From Octopus bimaculoides (Eukaryota): a stretch of 64,000 nucleotides of DNA. The notes beneath the pieces were generated by a model. The model searched no databases. It saw only the letters and a program-made list of their open reading frames with translations, and was not told where the DNA came from. This document shows, one piece after another, positions 37,320 through 49,593 of the stretch; within the stretch, counting starts at the first letter, position 1, and every line of letters starts with the position of its first letter. Made by a program: the position numbers and the translations under genes. The DNA lies in NCBI RefSeq assembly GCF_001194135.2, contig NC_068998.1:35959959-36023958 (forward strand), in the 5' to 3' direction.

Positions 37320-38034
37320 GATGATAGTGGTGACTGTCATTGGGGTGGTTTATGGTGGCAATGATAGTGGTGGTGGCAGTTATAGTAATAGTGATAAAGG
37401 TGGTGGTGGCAGTGCTGCAGCTGTTGCTACTACTAGAGATGCTTTTTGCTGTTAGCACTGATAATGTTGGTGATGATGATAATGATGTTGGTTATGTTAG
37501 CAAAAAACTGAGGAAGTTGTTGGTGAATTTGCTTTTTGTTGTTTGTAGTAGTGGTGATGCTGCTGATGCAATGGTTATTTTGATGCAGTTGAACTTTTGT
37601 TGTTGGTAATGGTGGTGTTAGTGCCACTGAACTCTTGTTGTTTAGAGTGATGGTAATAATGCAGTTGAACTCTTGTTGTTGTGGTGTTGGTGGTAGTGAC
37701 ACAGTTGCTGTTACTGATTGTGATGGTGGCTAGATGTGGTTGTTGTTTAACCCTGCCCCATGTCAAGCCAGGTTGCACAATCCTATGATCAAAAGCATCC
37801 CATTTTTTCAGGTCCTTTTCTCAATATTCGTAGGTGATTCGATTCCTATTTCTAGCAAGTCAGGTAACTGTATAGATCTGTCACGGGTAAACTATGGCCT
37901 GTACCACTTTCTGGATGACATGCTTAACAAAAAATTACCTTGACTTATTTTAGCAGTGCACCTCACCTGATGAAGAACCTTGTCTTATGCAGCCCACTTC
38001 TTGAAAAAAGGGGGCCCATGCTTGACATAGATTC

Positions 38035-38071
38035 TACCTCATATTTGCTGGTGGTGAGCAAATATGAGGTA
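38035..38071. repeat. Perfect 15-bp hairpin with a 7-nt loop GGTGGTG
   Basis: TACCTCATATTTGCT / AGCAAATATGAGGTA. Confidence 0.95.
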
Positions 38072-38113
38072 AATAAGTCAGCCCTGATAAAACATATCTT
38101 TGTTTAAAGGACG

Positions 38114-38220
38114 TAGTGGATAATGTATTCTGACTTTCATACTACTTGATACAAAGGTGGGGTGGTCACAACTTTCAGATTGTATCAAGTAGTATGTAAA
38201 TCAGAATACATTATCCACTA
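38114..38220. repeat. ~40-bp hairpin with a 25-nt loop
   Basis: TAGTGGATAATGTATTCTGA/TCAGAATACATTATCCACTA (20 bp perfect) plus CATACTACTTGATACAA/TTGTATCAAGTAGTATG (17 bp perfect), joined by TTT/AAA with single-nt bulges. Confidence 0.95.
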
Positions 38221-38224
38221 TCTC

Positions 38225-38562
38225 TTTAGTCTTTACTCTTTTACTTGTTTCAGTCATTTTTCTGCAGCCATGCTGGAGCACCGCCTTTAGTCGAGCAAAT
38301 CGACCCCAAAACTTATTCTTTGGAAGCCTAGTACTTATTCTATCAGTCTCTTTTTGCTGAACCACTAAGTTACGGGGACGTAAACACACCACCATCAGTT
38401 GTCAAGCGATGGTGGTGGGACAGACACAGACACACAAACATATATACATATATATACGACAGGCTTCTTTCAGTTTCCGTCTACCAAATCCACTCACAAG
38501 GCTTTGGTCGGCCTGAGGCTATAGTAGAAGACACTTGCCCAAGGTGCCACGCAGTGGGAATG
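38225..38562 (-). mobile_element. Young OR-type tRNA SINE
   Basis: CpGs retained; close to the copy at 59931-60320; 5' end of the head truncated. Confidence 0.9.
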
Positions 38563-39007
38563 AGTCCTTTTGTTTTTAAATATAGTCAGATTTGAAGGAA
38601 AATTTAGCTGCTATTTTTAGCAGGTTAAGTAACCATGTAAAGGCTCCCTCATTTACTTGTTTTTGTTTCAATCATTAGACTGCATCCATGCTGGGGCACT
38701 GGTTTGAAGAATTTTAGTTGAACTTGTCGACCCTGGTACTTATTACTATTTTGTGAAGCCTGGTACTTATTCTACCAGTCTCTTTTGCTGAACTGTTAAG
38801 TTACAGGAACTTCGACACACTAGCACTGGTTGTCATGCTGTGGTGGGGGACAAACACACACACACACACACCATCGTCATCATCATCATTTAACATCTGT
38901 TTCCATGCTGGCATGGGTTGGACAGTTTGACTGAAAACTGGCAAGCTGGGGAGCTGCACCGGACTCCAGTTTGATTTGGTGTGGTTTCTACAGCTGGATG
39001 CTCTTAA

Positions 39008-39420
39008 TAGGCTTCTTTCTGTTTTCGTCTACCAAATCCACTCACAAGGCTTTGGTCAACCCAGGGCTATGTAGCAGAAGACACTTGCTCAAGGTGTCAC
39101 ACAGTGGGACTGAACCTGGAACCATGTAGTTGGGAAGCAAACTTCTTGCCACGCAGCCACGTGTGTGTTATGTGTGTATGGCATGCATGTGTGTTTGTAT
39201 TTGTGCTCGTCTCCAGCATTCATTGTTTATGTCCCTGTAACTTAACATCCATTGTTTGTTTGCTTACGTCCTGTAACTTAACAGTTCATCAAAAGATACC
39301 GATAGAATAAGTTTCAGGCTTGAAAAAAAATGTACTGGGGTCGACTCATTTGACTCTTCAAAACAGTGTTGGGGCAGGAATTCAGTCTGATGACTGAAAC
39401 AAATGAAAGATAAAAGATTC
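39008..39420. mobile_element. OR-type SINE with the head (39008-39170, -) inverted relative to the tail (39170-39420, +)
   Basis: Head reads on minus and tail reads on plus, joined at the GT-rich linker. Confidence 0.65.
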
Positions 39421-39459
39421 ATCCATTTTCACCACCCCTTATTCTTAAGTAAGCTGTTG

Positions 39460-39680
39460 TGGGTACAGTCCTCAGGCACTTCCTACATAGGGTTCTGCCA
39501 GAAGCAACCATCATTAAAATCAACTGCTCTACCCCTAAGCATGACCAATTAAGACTATGGATATTATCATACCATCCTGTTTGTTGTCTGCCCTTTAGGT
39601 CTTCTGTTAGTTGGCTCAGTTTGCAGAATCTTTTCTTGCACACCTTTCCTCCTATGGAATTCTATCAACATGACCATTTA
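39460..39680 (-). mobile_element. RTE-like LINE ORF C-terminal fragment
   Basis: EDLKGRQQTGWYDNIHSL resembles the RTE C-terminal GRxRxxWxDxI motif. Confidence 0.4.
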
Positions 39681-40619
39681 AATTTATGCATGTTTCTTGT
39701 TTTTGCTTTTTATTTTCTTTATTGCATCATTCATTCCAAATTAATTTTTACTCCTCTCTCCCTTTAGTTTATCCTCACATCTCCTCTCTAGATATAAATA
39801 TTATTGTGGTGATAGAGGTGGTGGAAATCAAAATAACAATGCTTATTTAAACTAAATTAAAAATATTATTATTATTATTATTATTATTATTATCATCATC
39901 ATCGTTATTAAAAACAAAGTGTGTTAAACCTGAGTGTCAATATGTTTTATTGTAAACAATTTATTGTATCAAAAGCATAAAACATTAACTCTCAGACTAA
40001 TCACTTTGTTCTTTATTTGAAGTGACCTAGCTGTGTTTCCATGAACAGGTAACACCAGGACTGAGAGAGAAAGAAGAGAGAGAATGGTAGGAGTAGGCAT
40101 AGAAAAGGGTGAGAATGAGAGGAGGAGAGAGTGAGAACAAGAGAGACACATGTATTATTTAAAACCTGTTTGTTTTGTCTCTTTTGGTTGTGTATTTTTA
40201 TTGAAAACCATTGCCATTTTTTAAATTAATTTTCAAAATGTGAAAAAGTTAGTGAACAGCTTTGACATTATAAAGTTGATATTATGAAACTGGTGTTTGG
40301 AACATAAATTTTGATGGAGAATTTTAATTTAGATTACTTTAAAGCAGGATTCTTGTATCATAGTCAGAATTGGTCTCGGTTAGGATGATAACAAAAGAGA
40401 CATATCTACTATTTTCAAATTTTAATCAAATTATATTGCTGTGTAGAATAATGCTTAGTAATTAATTTTTGCATAATAAGGTCAACGTGAACATTGTTTT
40501 ATAAAGTAAATGTCACATGTTTATCTGAGACTATATACCATGTTTCTGGTAGATGGAATCATATGGCTGTTTGGTTACAGTATTGCATTGCCAGCCCATT
40601 TGGATCTGAGTTCATATCA

Positions 40620-41145
40620 GATGCAAATGCTTCAATGCATTTAGGAGGCAGAACACTTGTTTGGACAAATCTGACAACTTGTCTGATAAGGTTGAGATCA
40701 CCGCTAACCTTGAGAATGATCTTCGAGTGGGGTAGGAAATGGCTTGTAATGTTTTCAATCCATCGAAACCTAAACTTCTCTCAATTAATCACTTCACACA
40801 TCCTTTCTTGCCTCGGTTTCGATGGATGGTNNNNNNNNNNTCGTTCTCTTCATCTCATAGAAGTGACTTTCTGTAATGATTTTACTTGGAGGACTTACAT
40901 TGAATCTATTGCCAAATCGGCTGCAATGAAGGTAGGCTCACTCCTTCATTTGAGGAGTTATCTCACTCCTGACACTATTCTTTATCCTTATAAGTTCACA
41001 TTCGCCCCTGCATTGAGTACTGTTGTCACATGAACAGGGGCTCCTGCGGATTGTTTAACATTGTTGGACTGCAGTCAATGCTGTATTTGTAATGTTATTG
41101 GTCCTGATCTATCTTCTAAATTGGATTCACTCTCTCATCGTCATT
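40620..41145 (+). mobile_element. CR1/L2-group LINE RT C-terminal fragment
   Basis: DKVEITANLENDL..EWGRKWLVMF..; VTFCNDFTWRTYIESIAKSAAMKVGSLLHLRSYLTPDTILY.YK..IRPCIEYCCH..GAP. Confidence 0.75.
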
Positions 41146-41324
41146 TCAGTACTGATTCTTATTTTTAAAGTCTGGTTATTATTCCATTGGACTCTTTTGC
41201 TGAACTGCTATGTTGAAGGGATCTAAACAAACCAACACCAGTTGTCAAGTGGTGGTAGAGGGAAAACACAGTCACAAAGACACACATATAGGAGTGTGTG
41301 TGTGTGTGTAATATAAATGAGTAA

Positions 41325-41596
41325 CAGGAGAGGGACAAGTTTCAATCCATTATGGCCATTTCTAACCACTACTTTAATTATTAATGAAAACATTTACATC
41401 ATTGTAAAGAAACCATTTTCGTCAGATGAATTCATCAATTTCCAAAATAAAGGACATTCAAAATGATTTAATAAAGTTTAAAATCCACAGAACAAAAAAA
41501 CATTTACAGTCATTCTGCTGCTATTTCAGTTGACATTACTCAATTAAAGGAGTCGTTAGAAATGGCCATAATGGATCGACACCTGTACCTCTACTG
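41325..41596. mobile_element. MITE with ~55-bp imperfect TIRs
   Basis: CAGGAGAGGGACAAGTTTCAATCCATTATGGCCATTTCTAACC versus reverse complement of the right end CAGTAGAGGTACAGGTGTCGATCCATTATGGCCATTTCTAACG; flanks TAA/TTA. Confidence 0.8.
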
Positions 41597-41674
41597 TTAA
41601 ACATATTTTTATTCACCTGTCTTGGAATCTGCCCTTTGTAAATATTATGGACAATACATTTAATATAATGTACA

Positions 41675-43000
41675 CTAGCAGTATAACCCGGCGCTGCTCG
41701 GGATTAAGCTAGGATTATTAAATGATTAAATCCTTTATTTCAAACCAAAATAAGTAACATCGACATCAGATTTGAGCGAAATCCGTTGAAATTGGTTTGG
41801 CTGAAAATGGTTTGCTGGAAATTTGATTGGGAAATCCCATAAGGAATCAGTTTATTGGTTATTTTCACTTATTGACTCTTTTTTTAAATGTTGCATTAGA
41901 GATCTGCATAGGAGAAGGTTGATCTGAAGGTTTGCATTGGGGATCTGGATTGGAGTAACTTAGGAAAGCTTACCAACAACCTTAACCAAAAAATAAGGAG
42001 CCTGTCCCTTCTATGTTAACTNNNNNNNNNNNNNNNNNNNNNNNNNNNNNNNNNNNNNNNNNNNNNNNNNNNNNNNNNNNNNNNNNNNNNNNNNNNNNNN
42101 NNNNNNNNNNNNNNNNNNNNNNNNNNNNNNNNNNNNNNNNNNNNNNNNNNNNNNNNNNNNNNNNNNNNNNNNNNNNNNNNNNNNNNNNNNNNNNNNNNNN
42201 NNNNNNNNNNNNNNNNNNNNNNNNNNNNNNNNNNNNNNNNNNNNNNNNNNNNNNNNNNNNNNNNNNNNNNNNNNNNNNNNNNNNNNNNNNNNNNNNNNNN
42301 NNNNNNNNNNNNNNNNNNNNNNNNNNNNNNNNNNNNNNNNNNNNNNNNNNNNNNNNNNNNNNNNNNNNNNNNNNNNNNNNNNNNNNNNNNNNNNNNNNNN
42401 NNNNNNNNNNNNNNNNNNNNNNNNNNNNNNNNNNNNNNNNNNNNNNNNNNNNNNNNNNNNNNNNNNNNNNNNNNNNNNNNNNNNNNNNNNNNNNNNNNNN
42501 NNNNNNNNNNNNNNNNNNNNNNNNNNNNNNNNNNNNNNNNNNNNNNNNNNNNNNNNNNNNNNNNNNNNNNNNNNNNNNNNNNNNNNNNNNNNNNNNNNNN
42601 NNNNNNNNNNNNNNNNNNNNNNNNNNNNNNNNNNNNNNNNNNNNNNNNNNNNNNNNNNNNNNNNNNNNNNNNNNNNNNNNNNNNNNNNNNNNNNNTCTCT
42701 CTCTTTCTTTCTTTCTCCCTCTCTTTCTTTCTTTCTCTCTCTCTCTCTTGCTCTCTCTCCTTCACGCGCGTACGCACAGATTTGACTTCGCCATGTCAAC
42801 AAACTTCAAAATTGGTAAAAGTTTATCGATTTTTACAGCTATACGCGGGTGCCTCTGTGAGAAAAAGTTGACAAAAACACAGCTAGGGTCATGAACAATG
42901 TCCTCCTAAAATTGGAGCGACATGCGTGCTAATTTGTGGACGTGCATAACCCACATCACGTACACACACACACAAACATCTTGTGTTTTATAGATATTGA
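41675..43000 (-). mobile_element. Non-autonomous Helitron/HINE-like element with an internal gap
   Basis: Minus 3' end CCCGAGCAGCGCCGGGTTATACTGCTAG|T at 41675; 5' end TC(AATATC)TATAAAA near 43000; CpG-rich relative to its flanks. Confidence 0.7.
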
Positions 43001-43269
43001 TGTTTGAATAGCTCAAGAGTGGATTTCTTCACTCAGCTGCTTCTAATTGTATACACACACTGCAAGAATACCATTCCTACAGGTACCTCTGTACTAAGTT
43101 TGATATTTACATAATATTGTTGTGTGTGTATATTATTCTGACCTAACAAGGTGCCTAAATTTAAGTATCTAATTCAACTGAATCTTACTTATATATATAT
43201 GCATTTACATATGTGTGAGTGTGTGTGTCTGTGTGTATATATTTGTGTGTGTGTATACATGTGTATATA

Positions 43270-43900
43270 CCAGGTAGAAGCACCACTGATCCTATATTCC
43301 TGATTTGACAACTACAGGAGAAATACCTAACTAAAGATAAACCCCTATACTTAACATTTGTGGACTTGAAGAAAGCCTTTGACAGGGACCTCCGATCCCA
43401 TATCTGGTGTGCCATGTGGAAACTGGAGATAGACGAATTGTTAATAAGGGCTGTACAGGCCCTATACAGAGAGGCCATTAGTAAGGTTAGGATCGGCAAT
43501 GAGTATAGTGAAGAATTTCGGGTAGAAGAAGGGGTCCACCAAGGATCAGCCCTAAGTCCCCTTTTATTCATCATAGTCCTCCAGGCAATAACAGAGGAAT
43601 TCAAGACGAGTTGCCCCTGGGAACTCCTCTATGCTGATGACCAGGCCCTCATAGCAGAATCACTACCAGAACTAGGGAAGAAATTTCGGGTGTGGAAGCG
43701 AAGCTTAGAATCAATGTAGCAAAGACCAAAGTTCTAGTAAGTAGGAAGGCAAACTCATCACACACCCCTGCTCGATCTGTAGAAAAGGTGGAGGTAGAAA
43801 CTCCATAAAATGTACCCAGTGTAAGCTATGGACACATAAGAGGTGCAGCGACATCAAAGGAAGATTAGATGGGAAGATAGCTTTCATGTGCAGCATGTCA
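43270..43900 (+). mobile_element. RTE-clade LINE reverse transcriptase fragment with a downstream PHD-like finger
   Basis: FVDLKKAFDR, GVHQGSALSPLLF, LLYADD, then PCSICRKGGGRNSIKCTQCKLWTHKRCSDIKG..FMCS. Confidence 0.92.
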
Positions 43901-44582
43901 TCTTTCACCATTAGAAATTCAGTGTATCAATGGTTGGCCCATCGGGAACCTATGACTTGACTGACACAGTTCTTCACAGAATACAAGAATATAAGATATT
44001 GAGATAAATTGAAACTAACAACCAGAAGCTGAAATAATGAATCTGATAATGACAGTAACAACAACACTACCAACAGTAAATCATCTAAGATTACTCCATA
44101 TGTCTGCCAGCACAGAACAGCTGTTTATTAGAGTACAACTGTACAGAGTTCTTTATCTTGAACTTTGGATCACAATATTGTCACTATCACACTCATTACA
44201 GACTCACTTGTAAATCACCTCTTTAATCTTTTTGTAATTCAAGATGCACAAAACCTATGCTCCACATAGTGTTAGTAATCGGTGATGTCATACAGATACA
44301 GAGTTCAGCACCTCTTGAAATTTCATCTATCAGTGTCATCATAGCCCAGGTCATTACCATTTCTGATCAAATTAAAATCTACTGCATAGAGGGAGTCAAT
44401 CAAAAGGTGGTGTTGGTCGTAGGTTCCTAATGAGCCAGTTTCTGACGCACTGTTTTCCTAATGGTGAGAGTGACCAGGGATTGTCAGTATTACTCGGGTG
44501 GAATAAACACTACAAAGTATTATTTTGTTTGATGCACCTGTTTATCAGCAATATTTTCGCTGATCTTCATGTCTTGCATCAA

Positions 44583-44632
<50 letters not shown>

Positions 44633-45307
44633 ATGTATATACCATCCAGTGGACTCCTGCAGTTTTTATCCCAAATTTCACTCAGAAGCCTGAGATTAAA
44701 TAATGGATACTGATGTCCAACCCATGACAGCATGGAGGGCAAATGTTAAATGATGATGAGGTTATGGAAGAAGATACTTGTTGAAGGTGAAATTGAATCC
44801 AGAATCATATGACTGTAAACCAAACTTCTTAACCACACAGCTATGCCTGTTCATTTAGTTAAATCAATTATTGCAGCTGCCTTCTTATTAATCCTTACAA
44901 GATCAACTCTATGTGACCAATCACCTGCATTAAAGTGATCATATTTAAATTATTGTCTCAGTGAAAATTACATTTTAATATGAATAATAATGAGATTTTA
45001 ATTGGTCAACATTACTATCAACAACAACAACAACAACAATGTCTACAACCAGTATGTTACTGTAAAGCCTTGATTATATTGAAAATTTATTGAAACATGT
45101 GTGCAGTCTACTCATTAATTAGAAATATAATCAGAGAAGTATTAGTTACCCGTTCATATGAGGTATCCTCCTTAGAAGACATAAATCATTCTACAATTAA
45201 GCATTAACCCAGCCAATGAAGTTAACATTATTAAAATGGTACGTCTATATATATTAGACACCCTTGGTGTGTATAAATTATTTACAAGTGTCAGAGATTT
45301 TGTTTTA

Positions 45308-46583
45308 ATTAGGTTGGCCAAAATGTCCATTGTTTTTTTATTGTTTTTCTTTTTAACAAAAATTCACAGACCGATTTATTCAGTCAATGATATACTCACC
45401 ATTTTGTTCAGTATCTTTTGCTATCTTGTGGGCAGATTCATTATTTCCAGCTGAAAGAGTGTCCTGTCTTTACTGGTGAAAAGCTCTTCCAGATGAATTT
45501 TTTCTTCATTTTCAAAGTTCAAGGTCTGTCCATTCAATGAATTTTGAAGAGACCAAAACAAGTGGAAATCTGAAGGTGCAAGGTTGGACAAATATGGAAA
45601 GTATGGCAAGACTTCCCAGCCAAGCCCGAGTAACTCTTGCTGTGTCTGCAAATGGTGTGCAGTCTGGAATTGTCGTGATGAAAGACAATGCTCTTATGAT
45701 TAGCAAATACTGGATGCTTCTAGTGGATTGTTGTGTTTAATTTATCCAGCTGGTCACAGTACATGTTCAAATTGACAGTCCTGTCCATGGGTAGAAACAC
45801 AACATTCTTCTGTCCCACCAGATTGAAAGCATAACCTATTTCAAATGAAATCTTGTTTTGAATGTTGTTTGTGGTGGTTCGCTGTGCTTCCCCTATGATT
45901 GTTTGCACTTCATATTGTTATAGATGATCTATTTTTCGTCTCCTGTCCCCATTCTCTTCAAAAGAAGGATCATTTTCTTCATGTTTCTGCAACAAATTGC
46001 AGATGAAAATCTTTTGGATGAGGTTAGCTGCATTCAATTAGTGTGGGACCAAACATCAAGCCTGCTGATGTAACTAAGTAGAGGCAAATGATTTTCAACA
46101 CTTGGTTTGGATATCTGGAGAACATCTGTGATTGTCCTGGTCAGATAGTGTGGCTTGGTATCGACTAAATCTTTCATTTTGCACTGTTAATCTTGGTTGG
46201 CTGACCAGAGCAAGGTGTATCTTGAACCAAGAAATTTCCTGATAAAAATCTTGGAAACCACTTTTGGCAGACATATTCTACAACTGCATCCTCTTTGTAT
46301 ACAGTGCATGTCTTCCTGCAGTTTTCTGCCACTTGGCTTACCTTTTTTGAAATACAAAACCATGAGTTGTTGATAATGTTTGTTTTGGTTCTCCATTTCC
46401 TGGGTGATCCCTAGCACACAAAATACAACCTGTCTTCTCACAAGTTCATATCAAACTACACTGGAGTATCAAGTATCTAACAAGTGCATATTCACAAGGG
46501 ACACACTGAAGTTAGCAACTTAGTAAAGTGCTTGAAGTTTAGTGTTACCAAAAACCAAAAGGACTTTTGGCCAACCCTATGTA
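45308..46583 (-). mobile_element. Full-span (~1.28 kb) degenerate mariner with both TIRs
   Basis: TIRs TTAGGTTGGCCAAAATGTCC (45309) and reverse complement TAGGGTTGGCCAAAAGTCC (46579); LPYFPYLSNLAPSDFHLFWSLQNSL; YQQLMVLYFKKGK. Confidence 0.9.
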
Positions 46584-46664
46584 TATCTTTTAATAGTCAG
46601 AGATTTTAACGTTACCATAACTTACAGTCCAAGTTGCTGCATCTGTAATTTGTTACATGTATTT

Positions 46665-46930
46665 GTCAGTATTGTGGTTTGGGTTTGATTGCCAGTCCAG
46701 TGATGCATTGTGTTCTTGAGCAAAATACTTCATTTCATGTTGCTCCAGCCAACTCATCTGTAAAATTGGTAATCCTGTGATAGACTGGCATCCCATTCAA
46801 GGGCAGCATTGTGCTGCCCACCTAAACAACAGGATGGTATCATTTGAAAGCAACAACAATGCAAGGAAGTGCGTTGTGACCAGCAGTGTTAACAACATCC
46901 AGTAAGTTGGCTGATATAGTGATACAGCTT
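46665..46930 (+). mobile_element. Old SINE with a CORE/V-domain-like block immediately upstream of the CDO1 acceptor
   Basis: CTTGAGCAAAATACTT..TTGCTCCAGCCAACTCATCTGTAAAATTGGTA..CTGTGATAGACTGGCATCCCATTCAAGGG. Confidence 0.55.
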
Positions 46931-46948
46931 TTTTTCTTTTCTTTACAG

Positions 46949-47187
46949 ATATACTAGAAATCTTGTAGATGAAGGAAATGGCAAATATAACCTGATGATC
47001 CTCTGCTGGAATGAAAGTCAAGGGAGCAGCATCCATTCCCATTCAGAATCTCATTGCTTCCTGAAAGTTTTGTCAGGAATTGTTAAAGAAGAGCTATTTG
47101 AATGGCCCTCAGACTCCAGAGAGGAATCAAAAATGAGCAAAAGTCATGAGGCAATATTTGAAGAAAACTCTGTTACTTACATCAATG
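46949..47187 (+). CDS. CDO1: Cysteine dioxygenase type 1, internal coding exon (239 nt, phase 2 to phase 1)
   Basis: Polypyrimidine tract and TTTACAG acceptor at 46947-48; translates (R)[79 protein letters not shown]; donor GTAAAG at 47188. Matches the CDO cupin motifs YTRN (Arg60), LCW, H-x-H (Fe ligands) and HCF (Cys93). Confidence 0.97.
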
Positions 47188-47906
47188 GTAAAGTATTCTT
47201 TTCTTTTGTTAATCCTGACTATTTTTTGTTTATATTAGAAGTTAGCACAGTTGAGAGTCCCTTACCTGAAATTCCTGATTTGCAAATTTTGAAGTATCTT
47301 TATATTTGCATCTATAAAATGGAATGGCTTTGGGATGGAGCCTGTGTCTAAACACAATATCCATTTACATTTCTGTAAAGTTTTTGGAGTTAGGAAGAGC
47401 ATCCAGCTGTAAAAACTGTCAAGACAGATAGAAGAGCATGGCACATTCCTAAGGCTTGCCAGCTCTTGTCAAACTGTCCAGCCCATTACAGCATGGAAGA
47501 CAGACATTAAATGACAGGTAACAACTATGATGACTTTTTCTTAATATAGCTTTGCTTATACACATACTCTGAATGTAGTTTTATATGATTTTTCAATAAT
47601 CTTTTATGCATAATACCAACAGCAAGGTAAGATATTAGTCTTCATCTACGTTTTGATTAAAAGTTAGCAGTATGCATATGTCATTCATGTTTTATTTTTT
47701 ACCAAACACGTGTTATGTTTTATGTAAGGTATTAAAACAAAGTTTTTAACATGGTTACTGATAAATTAAATGGAAACTGAAAAAGTCATCATTGTATTTT
47801 GAAAGTAATGTACAAGTAATCCTGTTAGTCAAGTTACACTCATACATGGAGCTGAAATTCAGATCTCACATAAAGAGATAATATACTTACTGTAAAAGGT
47901 TACAGT

Positions 47907-48120
47907 AAGCACAGGCATGGCGTGTGTGATTGAGAAACTTGCTTCCTAACTATTTAGTCTCAGGTTCAATCTCATCTCACTGTGTACTAACTACATTGGG
48001 CAAGTGTCTTCTGCTACAGACCTGGCCAACAAAAGCCTTATGTGTGGATTTTAGTAGATGGAAACTGGAAGAAGCCCATCGTATATATATGTGTGTGTTT
48101 ATCTTAACATCATGTGGTGG
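47907..48120 (+). mobile_element. OR-type SINE head in a CDO1 intron
   Basis: CACAGGCATGGCGTGTGTG..TTGGGCAAGTGTCTTCT..GAAACTGGAAGAAGCCCATCGTATA. Confidence 0.8.
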
Positions 48121-49144
48121 TTATAAATGAGTAGCATCATCATATATGCTATGTTGTTTGTTGCCAGTCTTCTGTCCAGCCATTGGGGAAATATTACGTT
48201 GCTGGGAAACAAACAAAAGTTGGTGACAGGAAGAGCATCCTGTCGTAGAAAGTCTGCCTCAACAAACTCCATTAGAATCTTCAAGTCCATACAAGCATGG
48301 CAAATTGGACACAAAATGGTGGGAGAGGGGTTGGGGGAACAGCAGTGGCATTAAGAAAATCTCTGAATAACAATATAAAAACAAAACAAAACAAACGACC
48401 TACTGTTTAACCAAGTTAAATAAATAATCAATTAATTAGTTGGATAGTTAACCAATTGACTAATAATAAAGGAGTGGAATTGAACAAGTATTTGTGTTAG
48501 TAATATTGGCATAATGACTCTCTTTAGACCCATGAAAATTTGTTTTAATGCAATGAATTCACATTAAGAATCTTGCAAACCAGAAACAAATATGAAGCAA
48601 AATATTAATGATAATACTGATCATCATCATTTAACATCTTCTTTCCATGCTAGCATGGGTTGGACGATTTGACTGAGGACTGGTGAACCAGATAGTTGCA
48701 CCAGGCTCCAATCTCATCTGGCAGAGTTTCTACACCTGGATGCCCTTCCTAATGCCAACCACTCTGAGAGTGTAGTGGGTGCTTTTACGTGCCACCGGCA
48801 TGAAGGCCAGTCAAGCGGTACTGGCAACGGCCACGCTCAAAATGGTGTATTTTACGTGCCACCTGCACAGGAGCCAGTCCAGCGGCACTGGCAACGATCT
48901 CGCTCGAATGACTTCTCACATGCCAGGAACGCGATGCTGCGGCACAAGTGCCAGGAAGGCGATGCTGGTAACGGTCACGCTCGAACGGTGGTGCCGTCAT
49001 GATTTCAATGAGTTTTATCAGGCACTATGATCTAAAAAAGTAGTGATGCGATATCTGGAAAATTCAGCTATCCATGTTTCATTCCCAGTGGTACTGAATT
49101 GGAAAGAGAGTTTACCGTATTATATTTGCACATAATATTCTTAT

Positions 49145-49593
49145 TTAATCCATTAACATTCTGATTGCTCTGTCAAATGCAGTGTTTATTCATTCATATT
49201 GTTTTAAATTATCCCTTTAACGTTTAAACCAGTTATATCTGGCCCAAATATTTTCTCTGTTTTGTGCTCAAACCAGCTAGATCAGACCCCTCACATCTGG
49301 TTGACAATGTCATTCTAAAAATAAACAATCACATTATTGAACTCTCAAAGCTATGCAATACACACACGATTAATTCAAAACATTGTGAATAAATAAGTAT
49401 TATGTTTGATAGGATTATCTGAATGCTAATGGGTTAATCCTGCATTGTCTCGTAGCTTTGAAATATTGATGATGTAATTGTTTATTTTTAGTATGACATC
49501 AAGGGTAGGGTGTGATAGGCTGGACCTGGCAAGTTTGAACATAAAGCAGAATATTTGGGCCAGATACAACCAGGTTAAATGCTAAAGGGTGAA
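49145..49593. mobile_element. Two nested piggyBac-type MITEs of one family in opposite orientations
   Basis: Outer copy (-) at 49145-49208 plus 49438-49593; inner copy (+) at 49213-49433, flanked by TTAT/TTAA at the outer copy's internal TTAA. Confidence 0.85.

Noticed and set aside
37158-37780. Overlapping Val/Gly- and Thr/Gln/His-rich ORFs
   Set aside because: (GGT/GTT/GAT)n low-complexity tract with short internal repeats.
47886-47909. Perfect 10-bp hairpin CTTACTGTAA-aagg-TTACAGTAAG
   Set aside because: Short, AT-rich and partly overlapping a SINE 5' end; plausible by chance or local slippage.
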